Shown piece by piece: positions 29,167-47,389 of a stretch of 64,000 nt of DNA (position 1 is its first letter; the number at the start of each line of letters is the position of its first letter). The translations under genes were made by a program, and so were the position numbers. This DNA is from Eledone cirrhosa. Taxonomy: Eukaryota. The notes below the pieces were generated by a model that did not search any database, was not told where the DNA came from, and worked only from the letters and a program-made list of their open reading frames with translations. The stretch is taken from contig OZ024748.1 of NCBI GenBank assembly GCA_964016885.1, forward strand, positions 55,862,001-55,926,000, read 5' to 3'.

Positions 29167-31264
29167 ATATATATCACTCCTAGATTGTGGTCATGGTGGG
29201 GCAACACATTTTTCTGCATTATTATTTCACGCTAACTGACTAACTGACATGTGTTGAAGCAGCCTTCTTAATTATCAAGTAAATATCGAACTTAAGCATT
29301 CTATGTCTGAAATTAACATTTAGCTACTAATAGCGTCTCTCTTAAGTTGTATTTAAGTCTGTTTATTTAGGCCGCGATATTACATGAAGACATTATCAAT
29401 AATAGTGCCACCTTGATCTAGAGGTGGAAGGAAGTTTATATTAAATCAATTCTTGTAATATTTCATATTTTCTCCGTCCAGTTCTCCGCAGAGATTAATA
29501 AAGGCCACGATAAACTAATTGTTCCCATTTAACATTTGAGGAATATTAAATCTCCCTAATGAGAAAATAACGTGAACTTTTCTGGCTCTCGTTACCTCAG
29601 TGATCTTTTTGTACGCAGATTTTGGTTCTGAATAATAAATACCGTTTTCTGATTCAAATGAGATGTCCCCGTTTATGCATGATATAGGGCTTTTAATTAT
29701 ATGGTAAAAGGTCAATACCTGGCTGGGGGAATCAAAGAAATGCACACCTCCCTGTCATTTGAAAACAGTTGTTTCATAGTAATATTCTACAAAACATATT
29801 CGCATCTTTCGTTTATATTTACTTATTTAATTAAACGTACGGATGCCGATCTTGGCAGGAAGTACTTGCTCAGAGAAATAATTCTAGCCAGTAGGGGCTC
29901 CCATATTTTCATAATATATATAAGGGGAATAAATTGATCCAGTGTGTATTTGATATTTATTATCGATCTGGTTAAGAATTGAAATTTACGTCGTATGTAG
30001 TATAACATATCAGCCTGTGTTGGACCTTCATGTAGACATCTTATATGCTGATTTTTTAATGTTAAAGTTCGTTGTAAGGCGACGAAAGGGCATGGTCGCA
30101 AGTGCGAAAGATATATTTAGTCACATTTTCTTTATGGATCAATGTAATTGGTAAACCTGCAATGAGTGAGGTCTTACAATTTTTGTTAATCATTTGCTTT
30201 AAGGTTTCAAATAAGATTCTGGCCTTTTGTGTTTTTAGTATCTTTTATCGAATAATAATCTGGTACCGATTCTGCCGTTCTAGGGCTAGATAGAAATTAC
30301 TTGAGCGATATGATAAAGATGAAAATGAGGGAGAAGGAGGATGATTGTAATGATAATGGTGTGTACAATAAAGCTAAAAATTATACAAATTAACATTATG
30401 ATGATCTTTGTTCCAAGGTCAACACTGAGCAAACCAGTGATCAATTTTAAGCCCTTAAGAATTTTGGCGTTTCAAATGTATGCAAGGTTTCATTGATCTA
30501 TGTATGCCTTTACGTATTTAAGACTGTCTATATGTCCTAGGTATCTATCTTCCCGTGAACAATAGAGCCAATGATGGTTTATCTGCATCGTATCATGATC
30601 TGCGAACAATAACGATATCTTCAATGAAAATAGAATTGTACATTTCGAAAAATAATTTTTGATGTGTACTATTTATGAAACTAAAACGTAATGTTCAGGC
30701 CTAAAATACCTTTGAGCACATATATGGTTAAATAGAACTAAATGGCACTAACACAACAGACACAATCTAATAACGATTAACAGGTAATTAAAAAGTACTT
30801 ATCCGTGACGAATGCACGTGTGTCATACTTCAATCCAGGAAAAGGATAAAATTATAAATTTCCAAATTACTAACCTCATATTTAATAGACGAAAATGTTT
30901 TATATTTACATTTACACTAGGTTTCGAAATATGTGATCCCCAACGACAATCGTTTGTCTTGTCACTGGTCGTACGAATAAGAATCAGTCTAATCTTAGTT
31001 TAGAAATAAAGATTACGCTTATGTACACACATCCATTACTGAAACTGATGTGACGATAGGAGGAAATCAAACCAATCGAAAGTTAATGTACATGTAAATA
31101 CGGGGATACTTTTTCAACTCTAAATACGAAATTAATGATAGGAACATTTATAAGATTAATAACATTCACTAACGTCAAATATAGGAACGGGATGTTGCAC
31201 ACATGTCATATGTTTATCGATCGACTTTCGTCAAATCGGACCGAGGAAACAATGTTTTTCGTCG

Positions 31265-31428
31265 GTCTTTCCAGTTGCTATCTATCGGTCGCAACTCCAG
31301 GTAGAAGGAGCAACTTGAAATAAAGTGTCTTGCTCAAGGACATTACGCATTAGCCGGTCCAGGAATCGAACTCACAACCTCAAGATTGTGATTTCAATTC
31401 TCTAACCTCTCAGCCACAAGCCTTCACT
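31265..31428 (-). mobile_element. tRNA-derived SINE of a different family (V-domain-like core)
   Basis: aaagtgtcttgctcaaggac followed by ggaatcgaactc (reverse B box) and ctaacc...agccac (reverse A box). Confidence 0.7.
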
Positions 31429-31841
31429 TGTCATATGTTTATGGATCCACAAATAATATAGATTTCAGATTCATATGAAATGGTAGATGAATAAGACTTA
31501 ATGAAGCCTTAGTTGAGGGTTCGCATACGTAAATGGATTTAAGAATAAGCTGTCCAACAGGAAATCATAAAAAGAGGACAATAGATTATTTGAAACGTCG
31601 ACAAAAACGCCGTTGTTTTTATTGCTATGTTTGTTTTTGTTTTTTTTGTTTTTTTTTACGAAACAAATTACCGTGTAATTTTATATCAATAAATTGAAAT
31701 AGGTAACTAAATAGAGTAAATTATTTTCCTGCCAAAAATAAATATCATAACGTCTTCAATTTTTATTTTTTATTTTTTTTTTTACAGTATATGGAAGGGA
31801 TATATTAGGTTAGTTTTAGAAGTGTTATATATATATATGTA

Positions 31842-32860
31842 TGAGATGAAAGAATGGTATTTAACTAATGTAATGGTACGCGATTGGGCCCACCCACAGA
31901 CCCGGCGGACAGAATAGAGAAGGCGTTTCCCCGGTAGACGGCAAGGGAGACGCGCTGGAAAAGCCACTACAACTCGCAGCGCCTATGGTGGTGAGTAAGG
32001 AGGTAGCCCTGGGGCCGAGGACACCAGAAGTTTCCACTGCCAGGAGAACGACCGCAAATCTGTCGGGGAGCGACTGGTATTTGAGGAGTTTGGCCCCCTC
32101 AGCCTGACGTGCAGCAGAACCTGGGTCAGTCGCAGACTGCACCAGGTTGCGGCTGCAGAAAGTGTCGGTGGAAGTGGCATCCCAGACGAGGGGTATGTGC
32201 CACCGCGGAACGGGAAGATAGTCATGCCATTTGGCCTTTTGCCGTCCCCTCGATCCTACCCCCACCGGCTCGAGCTGGGAAGGGAAGCCTGCAGCGTCCA
32301 AGCCATGCTTAATCACCTCATTGAGGGCAGTATGGCGTGGAATGCGGCCGGCACTGTGGTGACAGGAAAGCGGGTGGAGGCCGAAAGAGTCCACGGTGGA
32401 ACCGCAGCGACATTGGTGTGGCTGGCAGATCCGGAGGCCGAGCCTCAGGGAAACGCTGATTCGCAGGCTATGGTTGTCTATCTGTGTGCCAGTGGAGAAG
32501 GAGGGCAGAGCATGGAGCCAGGCACCACTGTGGGGTTTGGAGGCCGCACGAAAACAAGCAAGGCGGTGCTGGTTGAGCGTGCGCGTGAGCCTGTCTGAGG
32601 CCAGGTTGCACTGGATGGCATCCCAAGTGCGTTGGGGGGACTTGACGTCAACAGGGGGAGAAGGAGGAGGGACGTCTACTGGGTTAAGTCCCAGCCGGCC
32701 CCACGTCTCAGAGGCCACCTCACGTTCTCTGAAAACAGAGGGTTCTGTTGTGATTTGAATAACCCTGCTGACGAGGACGCGGCACGAGGTTACCGACGAA
32801 AGATACGCCGGCAAAGCTAGTGAGAAGGGGGGACCGGAGGCCTAGGCCGCTATACATGAC
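31842..32860 (-). mobile_element. 5'-truncated CRE-clade (RLE) non-LTR retrotransposon C-terminus, frameshifted
   Basis: GC-rich island; SGAWLHALP, LRLGL, CxC...HPLSC...RH zinc knuckle, (DGK)RPNG restriction-like endonuclease, WDAT, K..KY, AVETSG.LG motifs; frameshifts near 32200-32260. Confidence 0.85.
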
Positions 32861-32989
32861 CGGTAAAGTGGATTTGTTAATGATTTTGTGGTGGTTGTTG
32901 ATTCGTTTCTTCCTAATAATGGTGTGATCACTACCTTTGATATTGTGGTTATATATATATAATTTATGGATATATACATACATACATAT

Positions 32990-33245
32990 ATGAAACACAA
33001 ATTTAAATAATTTTGAAAACCATACGATGCACTAGAATGAATATTAAAATTACAAAGATAACAAAAGAAACTGACCTTAGCAAATTTAATAATCCCAAAT
33101 ATTTTCGGGTTTGAAAACCCATTATCAAGGGCGTATCCTTATGAAATACTTAAAGGATCGATCTAGTGCATTTTTTGGTTTTCAAAATTATTTAGATTTG
33201 TTTCCTATTCAACAATGCTTCAAGCAAACTACCATACTATGCTAC
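32990..33245 (-). mobile_element. TA-flanked inverted-repeat element with variant HHR-like core (33094-33131)
   Basis: Arms about 32992-33037 and 33161-33205; CCC-UUGAUAA-U GGGUU UUCA AACCC-GAAAAUAUUU-GGG. Confidence 0.55.
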
Positions 33246-33276
33246 ACACACACACACACGCACATATATATATATA

Positions 33277-33475
33277 TACAGGCTGTCCACAAAAATGTAT
33301 ACACACTTCAACAGCATACTAATAAATATTGCTTGTAAAGGTAATCAAAGAGTGTATATATTTTGGGGTCACCCTGTATATATATATATATATATGTATA
33401 TATATACAGGGTGACCCCAAAATATATACACGTTTTGATTACCTTTACAAGCAATATTTATTAGTATGCTGTGAA

Positions 33476-33476
<1 letters not shown>
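33277..33476. mobile_element. Tc1-type MITE (33277-33378) plus inverted partial copy (33405-33476)
   Basis: TA-caggctgtccacaaaaatgtatacac...gtgtatatattttggggtcaccctg-TA. Confidence 0.75.
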
Positions 33477-33506
<30 letters not shown>

Positions 33507-34624
33507 GATTAGTAATAATTACAATTTTACAGGTATTTAGTTGCCCCAAAGTAAAATATACTTTACGTTGTGCCTTCAAATCTGAATGGGACTCAAGTGT
33601 GATTGTTATGAAATACATAGTTTTAGGAATCGAAACCTAGAATAAGGTCTCCCTCTGCAGATCTGAGCAGAGGTATCACAAGGAATTCTATTCGACGGTC
33701 TAGTAACCCTTGCTTATTCATTGTCTAACCTATAGGCTAGATTGCAATGGCTCCAGACATGGCAACCCCTAATACTGGGTTCCAGTGTACCTAGTAGTGG
33801 GTTTCTTGAGTATATAGACATTTCAAATGCCAAATATCCTTTGCAAATACATTTAATAGAATGTATGTTTAATGGAGAAATAACTCGACAATACTGGCCT
33901 AAATCTGTGTTGAGAATGAAAGAGGATTAGCGCTATTTCCATTCAGGTGGAGTGACCATGTTGAGATAAATAATGTAACCCATAGATATTGTCTAAATCC
34001 CACTGGCATTAATAAAGATATTGATACATTAATTTGAAATGCAGAGTTGAAGTGCAATGCGCTTATGTGCAAAGAGTAACTCACAGTCGATTGAATTAAC
34101 ACCATTATATATCTGATAACTATTTTATCCTTCTTTGGAATAATGAACGTCTTAGCTGCCTCTGCAGGAATTTTAAACTTAGTAGATAATAGTAAGAAAG
34201 TAATAAAACTGAACAGTGTAAATCATTTAGTCCCACACTCGACAAACATTTGTATCAAACGCAATTATTACAATATGAGAATAATAACATGAAAACTAAT
34301 GAGATTTTTGCCAACATTTATCAAATTAATGAAATCTGATAATAAAGACAACTACAGGTATTTCATATTATAATATCAGAGATAGAAATAAATGAGTCAA
34401 TGACAAATAATCGCAGGTGTCACATTCTGAAGTAAAAGATATCTGAAGGCTTAATTATTTATGCATATGTTCTTGTCGAAATATTTATATTACTGATATA
34501 CTCCCCTACCCCCAATATATATGCTTATATGCTTACATTTACATCTAGACGCGTCCACACAACACTTATATGGATAAAAACAGACACACATATGGATATG
34601 TATATATATATATACGTATATATG

Positions 34625-34722
<98 letters not shown>

Positions 34723-34944
34723 CATATATATATAAATATACGTATGTATAGGTACATACATATATGTATACAGACGTACAGTAGTATGTATATACATACA
34801 TGCACACATATATATATATATACGTATGGGTTACCGAAGATTTATTATAATGTTGGGTTTGTTTGTAAACAAACAGCCCGAATTATTAGCCGTACAGTGT
34901 TCGGCAACCATCGCTACCTTATTTGTTAAACACTGACAAAGGAA

Positions 34945-34985
34945 CGATGAACTAGTTTCTAGCTTATTAGCTGTCATCAGCACCG
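34945..34985 (-). ncRNA. Minimal type I hammerhead ribozyme
   Basis: CGGUG-CUGAUGA-C AGCU AAUA AGCU A-GAAAC UA GUU-CAUCG; stem III ACUAGU palindrome. Confidence 0.8.
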
Positions 34986-35227
34986 GATACCTTCCTGTCA
35001 GTTGATTGAACGTTTGAAAGTATATACTTTCCTTATGCATATTAACGGCTGAGCAGCCTAATTTGCATATGGAGTGAGTTAGTCGGCCGGGCTTACCGAA
35101 ACCGATAAATGGAAAAAATGAAATTTCATTTCTCACCCTTAGTACGGCTAAATACTTAAATATAAGTATGTATACGTACATACATATATGTATACAGACA
35201 TACAGTAGTGTATGTATATACATACAT

Positions 35228-35300
<73 letters not shown>

Positions 35301-35727
35301 CGTATGGGTTTACCGAACATTTATTATAATGCTCGGTTTGTTTGTGAACAAACAGCCCCAATAATTAGCCGTACTGTGTTCGGCGACTATCACTGTCCGG
35401 TTTGTTCAACACTGATGTATGTATATACATCAGTGTTGAACAAACTACCGTACGTCTGTATACATATATGTCTGTATACGTCTGTATACATATATGTTGA
35501 ACACACTACTGTACGTCTGTATACATATATGTATGTAGGTATAGATACTTGAATTTAAGTATCAGCTGTAGAAACAGTGAGAAATGAAATTTCATTTTTT
35601 CCATTTATCGTTTTCGGTACGCCCGGCCGACTAACTCACTCCATATGCAAATTAGGCTGCTCAGCCGTTAATATGCATGAGGAAAGTATATACTTTCAAA
35701 CGTTCAATCAACTGACAGGAAGGTATA

Positions 35728-35768
35728 CGGTCCTGATGACAGCTAATAAGCTAGAAACTAGTTCATCG
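35728..35768 (+). ncRNA. Second copy of the family D hammerhead
   Basis: CGGUC-CUGAUGA...GAAACUAGUU-CAUCG; proximal stem I pair mismatched. Confidence 0.7.
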
Positions 35769-35868
35769 TTCCTTTGTCAGTGTTGAACAAAAGGGCAGCA
35801 GTGGTTACCGAACACTGTACGGCTAATAATTCGGGCTATATTATAATAAATGTTCGGTAAACCCATAC

Positions 35869-35913
<45 letters not shown>

Positions 35914-36225
35914 CATGCATGTATATATGTGCATGCATGTATATACATACTACTGTACGTCTGTATACATATATGTATGTACGTATACATACTTAGATGT
36001 AAGTATCAGCCGAACTAAGAGTGAGAAATGAAATTTCATTTTTTCCATTTATATATATATGTATGTACATATATCTATATATCTATATGTATGTATTTAT
36101 ATATATCTGTATATGTAGTATATATATATATATATGTATATATACTGTATACGTATATATATATATACATAGTTACACAATTACACACACATGCACACAG
36201 ACACACATACACACACACACACAGT

Positions 36226-36262
<37 letters not shown>

Positions 36263-36376
36263 GGACGCACACAAACTCACACAACAATAAATAAATATAT
36301 AAATATATCCGTGAGTATGTCAGTATGTATATATATATATATATATATAGTTACACAAATACACACGCGCGCCCGC

Positions 36377-36414
<38 letters not shown>

Positions 36415-36501
36415 GGATGAAGTAATTCCGTCGGACAGGTACAGGAAAAAGAGTGCTCTATGTAAGCTACAGAGCTTATTAGTTATGTAATATTACATAA
36501 T

Positions 36502-36537
<36 letters not shown>

Positions 36538-39500
36538 AATAATGAAATTATTGTGCACAGTGTTCCCCGTTAAGTGTGTGTCTGTGTTTTTGGAGAAGCA
36601 GCGGGATTCAGAAAGCGTGTAGAGTTTCAATTGGTAAGTAACGTTTCGACTACTTATCTTTTATTCTAATACTAACATGATTGACGATTTTCTTTGTTTA
36701 GAATCTTTGCTCAGGTCGGTTTGTAATTGCGACGATAAAAAACTAATAATTTTAATTTTACCGGTTAGGTAACAACCTTCATCAAACAAACTCGCAAAGT
36801 TCCTTGCATCTTCTTGGTAGCATCCACCAATTTTTATATGTACCTATAATTAAGCATTGTGTGTAGATTTATTTATTAAACATTAAAAGCTGAATTTGCG
36901 AATGCATGTAATCACTAACGATATTACATTATTTCGCATTTTAAATTACTTACTCATACTTCAGTATTAATGTAGTTGAAATAATTCACCAAATAGATTA
37001 CATAGTAAGCCTTATTTAGACTACAAACAGAAAATGAATTAATACACAATGCAGCATACTATGGAGGCACTCTATAACAAAGTTTCAATGAATTTTTTCA
37101 AAGCAAAACCAACTCTGTAAATAATTGCTGTATACATGAATGAGCTAAGGCTTGAAACATTTAGTGCATGAAACATTTTCATCCCAATAATCAAGATGTA
37201 ACTCATTTTCTGAAATATAATAGCTAAACATTCTATATAACTCAATAGTTGAGGCTGTATGTGGTTGATAAACATGCTAGAAAGATAAGTCCAACATTCC
37301 TCATATATCATCCCCATTACCTTAGAGAAATAATCTAGCCCATCATACACTTTCAAAAGACGGTATTAAACAAACTCCCTGACTTGATAGATATATTTAA
37401 TCACATTGGACCCGTGGCTAATAAAAATAACGATATACTCAATATATTATTGTACTGGACCCTACAGAAATTAATGCACTATTCTTATATGTAATTCACT
37501 TTTAATTTGAATTATATTCTTTTAAAATTCAGATCTTTAACATTTCGATGTCAAATTCTAATTTTCAACAATCTTATTCCGTCGGTGTAAACAGGACATC
37601 GATGCACCACCAACTTTCCAAAACATCAATGAATTTCGGGGTCAGTGTAGTGCAATAAATGCACCGGGAAACATTGGATTTAAAATTTCCCTCGTTATGA
37701 ATTCACACTTGAAGACAATGGAGCTAGTGCACATAATTTTGTCATTTACGTATGTCGAGGAATTGAAAGATTTCGGCTTCTGAATATCCTCCAGCAACAG
37801 TTTGAGAGATGAAGCATAGTTAGATGCAAGCGTTGGAAAAGATCCCGAAAGTTTGAAACGAATTAGAAAGTTGATGCAGATGAAAAAGGTGTGCTAATCG
37901 AACTTAGAGAGAGAACCAGAAATTTCGTAAACATATTTTGTAACTAGGCACATTCTGAGAGCAAATGAGTTCACTAAGGACTGGGGAAAATGCGTTTGAA
38001 CCTTTCGACCAGACAGTCTCCAGTAAAAATAAAAGTACTATTAACAATAATGGCTTGTAATTTAGGCAACTATTTGTATGTGGAACGAATAAACTCTGCC
38101 GCGGAATTTGAATGGTATTATATTTATTGAAATTGGGAAGTACGAAAAAGAAATCGATTTCGGAGCATTTGCCGGTCATAAGACGGACAATCCAACATTA
38201 GATCCTGCTTCTTAACGATTGTGTTTTTCATTTCCTTAATTTGTTCTCGATGTCACGGTGGGGCTATTGCAATTTCAAATGTGTTAGGCCAGGGGGAGGG
38301 GAGGGCTCTGGAGCGTTTAAATACCAAAGTAGGTTACGATATTTCTTGCGCCTAATGGGTTTTAAGTGAATCTTGGATGGGTGGTTAGATAGAGTAATTG
38401 GGACAATATTTTATTGCTACGTGGGCAGCGCATCTATAACATGATGATCGTATATGTTGATATGTGGAACCTTCGTAGACAGGTATTGATTGAACTGTCT
38501 ATGAATGTTATCTGCTTGTAGCATAAATTTCTAGCTATGTGTAATTTTCATTTACTCCTCCTTCAGATTCAGTATGCCAGTGAGTACGAGAATGCTGGCT
38601 CTTTGAAGTACATAGACAATTTAGTTTGGTTAACGGACTGAAATAACATGAAATAAAATATTTTGCTCAAGAAAACTCTGTGGTGAATCGAACTCACGAA
38701 CGTACGATCGCACGCCAAAAACAGACTTGGAGCATAATTAAAAAAGAAATCATACAATGAACAATAATCTCCGAAATATATATACAATTTAATCATATAA
38801 ATATGTATGCAGAACACAGTGTGTAAATGAAATCTCAGATGAATTTATTGCAGGTATGTTTACAGTTTTAGATTAAAAGCTTTTAATTTATAACAGAAGG
38901 TTACATTTGTCTCTCACTCTTTGGCTTCAGTCCATCTATCTCTCTTTCTCTTCATATATGCATGTATGTATGTATATATATATATATATATATGAGTATG
39001 TGTGTGTGTAAACTAGAAGATATTTAGATTTTGGATAATTACATATAATCATATTTCAATAAGAAATTTCATTTTCGGTTACTTTATGAATATTTTTACG
39101 CTTTCACAATTTTCTGTCACAAATAGCGAATAATCATAAACATTTTAGGTTCATACAATCAAAACTAATCATCAGTCTTCTTTGTAATGGGAAAGTTGTT
39201 AAAGATTTCATTTGTAATATTAATAACATTGAGAGCTAAATGAATTATTTCATACAATATGTATGGAATGCATTGTACATTTCTGACTATATAACTTTAA
39301 ATAACATTTGTTATATACTAATTCTAGACTACGAAAATGGTCCACTTTCAAAACTAATTATATGCTAGAGCCACAATAACTGGCGAGATAATATTAATAA
39401 AAATGGCAATGTGTGTTCGATCTGTGAATTCCCTCCACTCACTTTCCTGTAATAGAATCGGAAGCAAGATATTTATCCAATATTAAATAAAGTATTCTCA

Positions 39501-40285
39501 TGTGAAAACAATCAAAACATCTTTTCGTATATAGAACCACCATTTGAATTTATTTGCACCACTAATTATTACAGCCACCAATGCGGAAAATAAATATTGT
39601 TACTATATATATTTATAGAAATGTATTTCTATTTCATCGATTTTTTTTCATGTAAATGATTTCGTTTATCTTAAGACCTGCATCATGTCAAGTATGTGTG
39701 CTGAATAGATCTGTGTGGTTTATATAACATCTAGATAATTTAATATATATATCAGAAATAGCATAGGCAAGACCTGAAAATAATAATATTATTGTAACTT
39801 GAAATATAGTACTCCCAACGTAAGTAAAATATTCGATCACTATAAATAATGGTTGAGGAAATCAGTTAAAGTACATTTGGAAACGGAAAGCAGGTGAACA
39901 GAGCCAACTGCAAGGAATCTAACCTAATACCGTTCGGGTGCTATGTGAATGTGTTAACTATTACGCTAACGATCATCTGGACATACATTTCCATCTTTTA
40001 GATATAAACCATTAACTAGAATATTAGACATCTGCAAAATGTGTGAAATGTTTTCGATTACTCGCAACCACCTCTGTCGAGGTCTTCCTACTTTCAGGTG
40101 CACTTCATCAATTTTCTGAAGACATTGACTATTATAAATACTCGAAATCGACTATTATAGATAGTTTTATTCCGATGACAACATTTCAAATTAAACATTC
40201 TCCCAAAGATTCACAAGTCATCCCTATTTTCGCAATTAATTCTATATATATATATAAACACATATGTATATATATATATGGATAC

Positions 40286-40325
<40 letters not shown>

Positions 40326-40439
40326 AAGCAAGAAAGTAAGTGTTGGTAAAATCGAGTACTTCAGTATGCGGATAGGGAGCACGCAACGGAGATAAAAGTT
40401 CCGGAGTTACTATAGAGATGAAACATAAGCCAATTGCAT

Positions 40440-44752
<4,313 letters not shown>

Positions 44753-44754
44753 TA

Positions 44755-44948
44755 ATCTTTCTGCACTTGTCGTCACATGGTACCATGGGCCCAGCACTAT
44801 GTGTCAATAATTGTCACAGGTGTTTGTACCAGAGTTTTCCAGTCGCTGGCTGGACTAAAAAGTCACACTCGTTCAGTGCATTGGTAGGGGTACACCTACA
44901 TGGATATAAAGTAGTGGCGGTACTCGAAGACGAGTTGGCAGCCACCAT
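44755..44948 (+). mobile_element. 3' end of an RTE/BovB-like LINE
   Basis: One frame reads [21 protein letters not shown], a C-terminal C2H2-like finger typical of RTE ORFs, followed by a short 3' UTR and a microsatellite tail. Confidence 0.55.
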
Positions 44949-45337
44949 ATACTTATATATGTATGTATATATATATATACTTATATATGTATGTATATAT
45001 ATATATGTATATATACATATATGTATGTATATATTTATATATGGATGTATATATATATATACGTATATACTTATATATGTATGTATATATTTATATATGT
45101 ATATATACATATATATATGTTTATATTTATATATGTATGTATATACTTATATATGTATGTATATATTTATATATGTATATATACATATATATGTATATAC
45201 TTATATATGTATGTATATATTTATATATGTATATATACATATATATATGTATATATTTATATATGTATATATACATATATATATGTATATATATATATAT
45301 GTATATACTTATATATGTATATATATGTATATACTTA

Positions 45338-45376
<39 letters not shown>

Positions 45377-45431
45377 TTATATATGTATATATACATATAT
45401 ATATGTATATATATATATATGTATATACTTA

Positions 45432-45474
<43 letters not shown>

Positions 45475-45790
45475 GTATGTATTTATATATTTATATATAT
45501 ATATATATTTGTATGTATTTATATATGTATATATATGTATGTATTTATATATGTATATATATGTATGTATTTATATATGTATATATATGTATGTATTTAT
45601 ATATGTATATATATGTATGTATTTATATATGTATATATATGTATGTGTTTATATATGTATATATATGTATGTATTTATATATGTATATGTATGTATTTAT
45701 ATATGTATATATATATATTTATATATATACATATATTTAGATATATATATATACACATATATATATATATTATATATATATATATGTGTG
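44949..45790. repeat. TA/TATG-rich microsatellite array
   Basis: Direct inspection. Confidence 0.95.
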
Positions 45791-45949
45791 TGTATTGTTT
45801 AGGAATCGTTAATAAAATGGGCAGGCTTCATTATGTATGTTCGAAAACCCTGAGTGGGTAAGTACTCAAATATATGTTTAAGCAAGCATCACCTAAACCA
45901 ACAATTGTTGTAAACCAGTAATATCTATTTTAGTGATTTAGGTAAATGT

Positions 45950-46600
45950 GAAATACAGTGTTAACAAATATATCAATGCTTCCAATAGTTTGTGGGGAGA
46001 CCGAGGATTTGCATTGTCTCTTGCGCTCGTGGTAATCGCTGGTAAAATAAACCATGTTCTGGGGCGTTGCATTAGAGCTAATGATGGATTATATTAAACG
46101 TCTAAGAATATGAACGATTTCTGTCGATAGGTGTGAACACGACATCCATATTTTTCATTTCACTTATAATATTTGGCTTGATCGGAAGTTGCGGCAGAAG
46201 ACACTTTTCCATAATATTCCTCACTATGACCCGATAGAAAACCACATTATTACGAAGGAAATTTCGTAATCACCTTCCGAAACCTTTTGATGATTCGGTA
46301 TCGAGAATATCCGGGAAGATATTAGTGGTGTAGTAAACCTCTGCCAAATAAATGGAACGATAATTGTTTCACAGTTCTAATGTACAATGTTATTAAAGAA
46401 AAAACAATGCAGATACACAAATCAGTGGCTATTATTTCAATACCTGCTTCTACATTAACAATGTGAATGTTTGGAAGGAACCTCATAATCTAGTCGTCGT
46501 TAGAACAAAGAGTTATACGTATTATATTCAGAATTAATGTCCTCCAGTTAGATCTGCTAATGAATGCCATATAGATAAACGATAATTCGATTCTTAGAAT
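45950..46600 (-). pseudogene. Decayed piggyBac-like transposase remnant
   Basis: Minus-strand traces YYGK...QLPIKP...IWMSC resemble the piggyBac G...KQYLPxKP...KIW.C block; frameshifted. Confidence 0.35.
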
Positions 46601-47135
46601 CTAGAACATTTACATTACCAGCTATAAATCTAATGAGTACATTAATACGGTCAAATATGAAACATATCCACGTACACTTATCTAGTTTAAATACTTACAA
46701 TATGCGAAACAATAAAAATAATGGCTTTAACATAGTGCTTACATGAATATAGTGATATGAAAGTAACATAAGTATGAAATTATTTAAAGCATAGGAATGT
46801 AACCATTTTTATTACTTGGGGTAAATTGCATATGAATATGTGTGGGCGCATATGTGATGGGAAAAATAATGAATCTTTAAGTTTATAAATTTCATATATA
46901 CTGAAATTAATTTGCTAAGGGGGTTTAACGTTTCGCAAGACTCTTTTTTTAATCTATATATCTTAGAGGAGAAATGTGGAGTGAACATGCTTGAAATTGA
47001 ATGTGGGTAAAATTTGTTACGGTCAAGTGGTTCCTACACTTAAAGAAAGTCATTTGTAACTTAATCACGTTATACTGATCGAAATATTACAAAATAGTAG
47101 GTTTGATAAATGTTCCAGCACACAAAGACACACAT

Positions 47136-47211
<76 letters not shown>

Positions 47212-47343
47212 TTCTCTCTCTCTCTTTCCTTCTCTCTCTCCCTCTCTCTCTCTCTCCTATCTCTCTCTCTATATATATACATATATATATATATATACAT
47301 ATATATATATTATATATATATAATATATATATATATACATATA

Positions 47344-47389
<46 letters not shown>

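Larger units (their letters stand above)
34745..36050. mobile_element. Family D: about 430-bp HHR-containing unit in partial tandem and inverted arrangement
   Basis: Unit 34745-35180, partial direct repeat 35180-35415, inverted copy 35510-35870, further inverted end 35940-36050; related end fragment at about 2738-2800. Confidence 0.8.

Noticed and set aside
32765-32810. CTGACGA...GAAA on the + strand
   Set aside because: No stem I, II or III pairing; antisense to LINE coding sequence, likely chance.
37560-38250. Possible decayed transposase
   Set aside because: Only one vague motif (PGNIGFKI); cannot be supported.
40108-40160. CTGAAGA...GAAATCGACTA
   Set aside because: Stem II offset by extra bases, no stem I, not TA-bounded; insufficient support.
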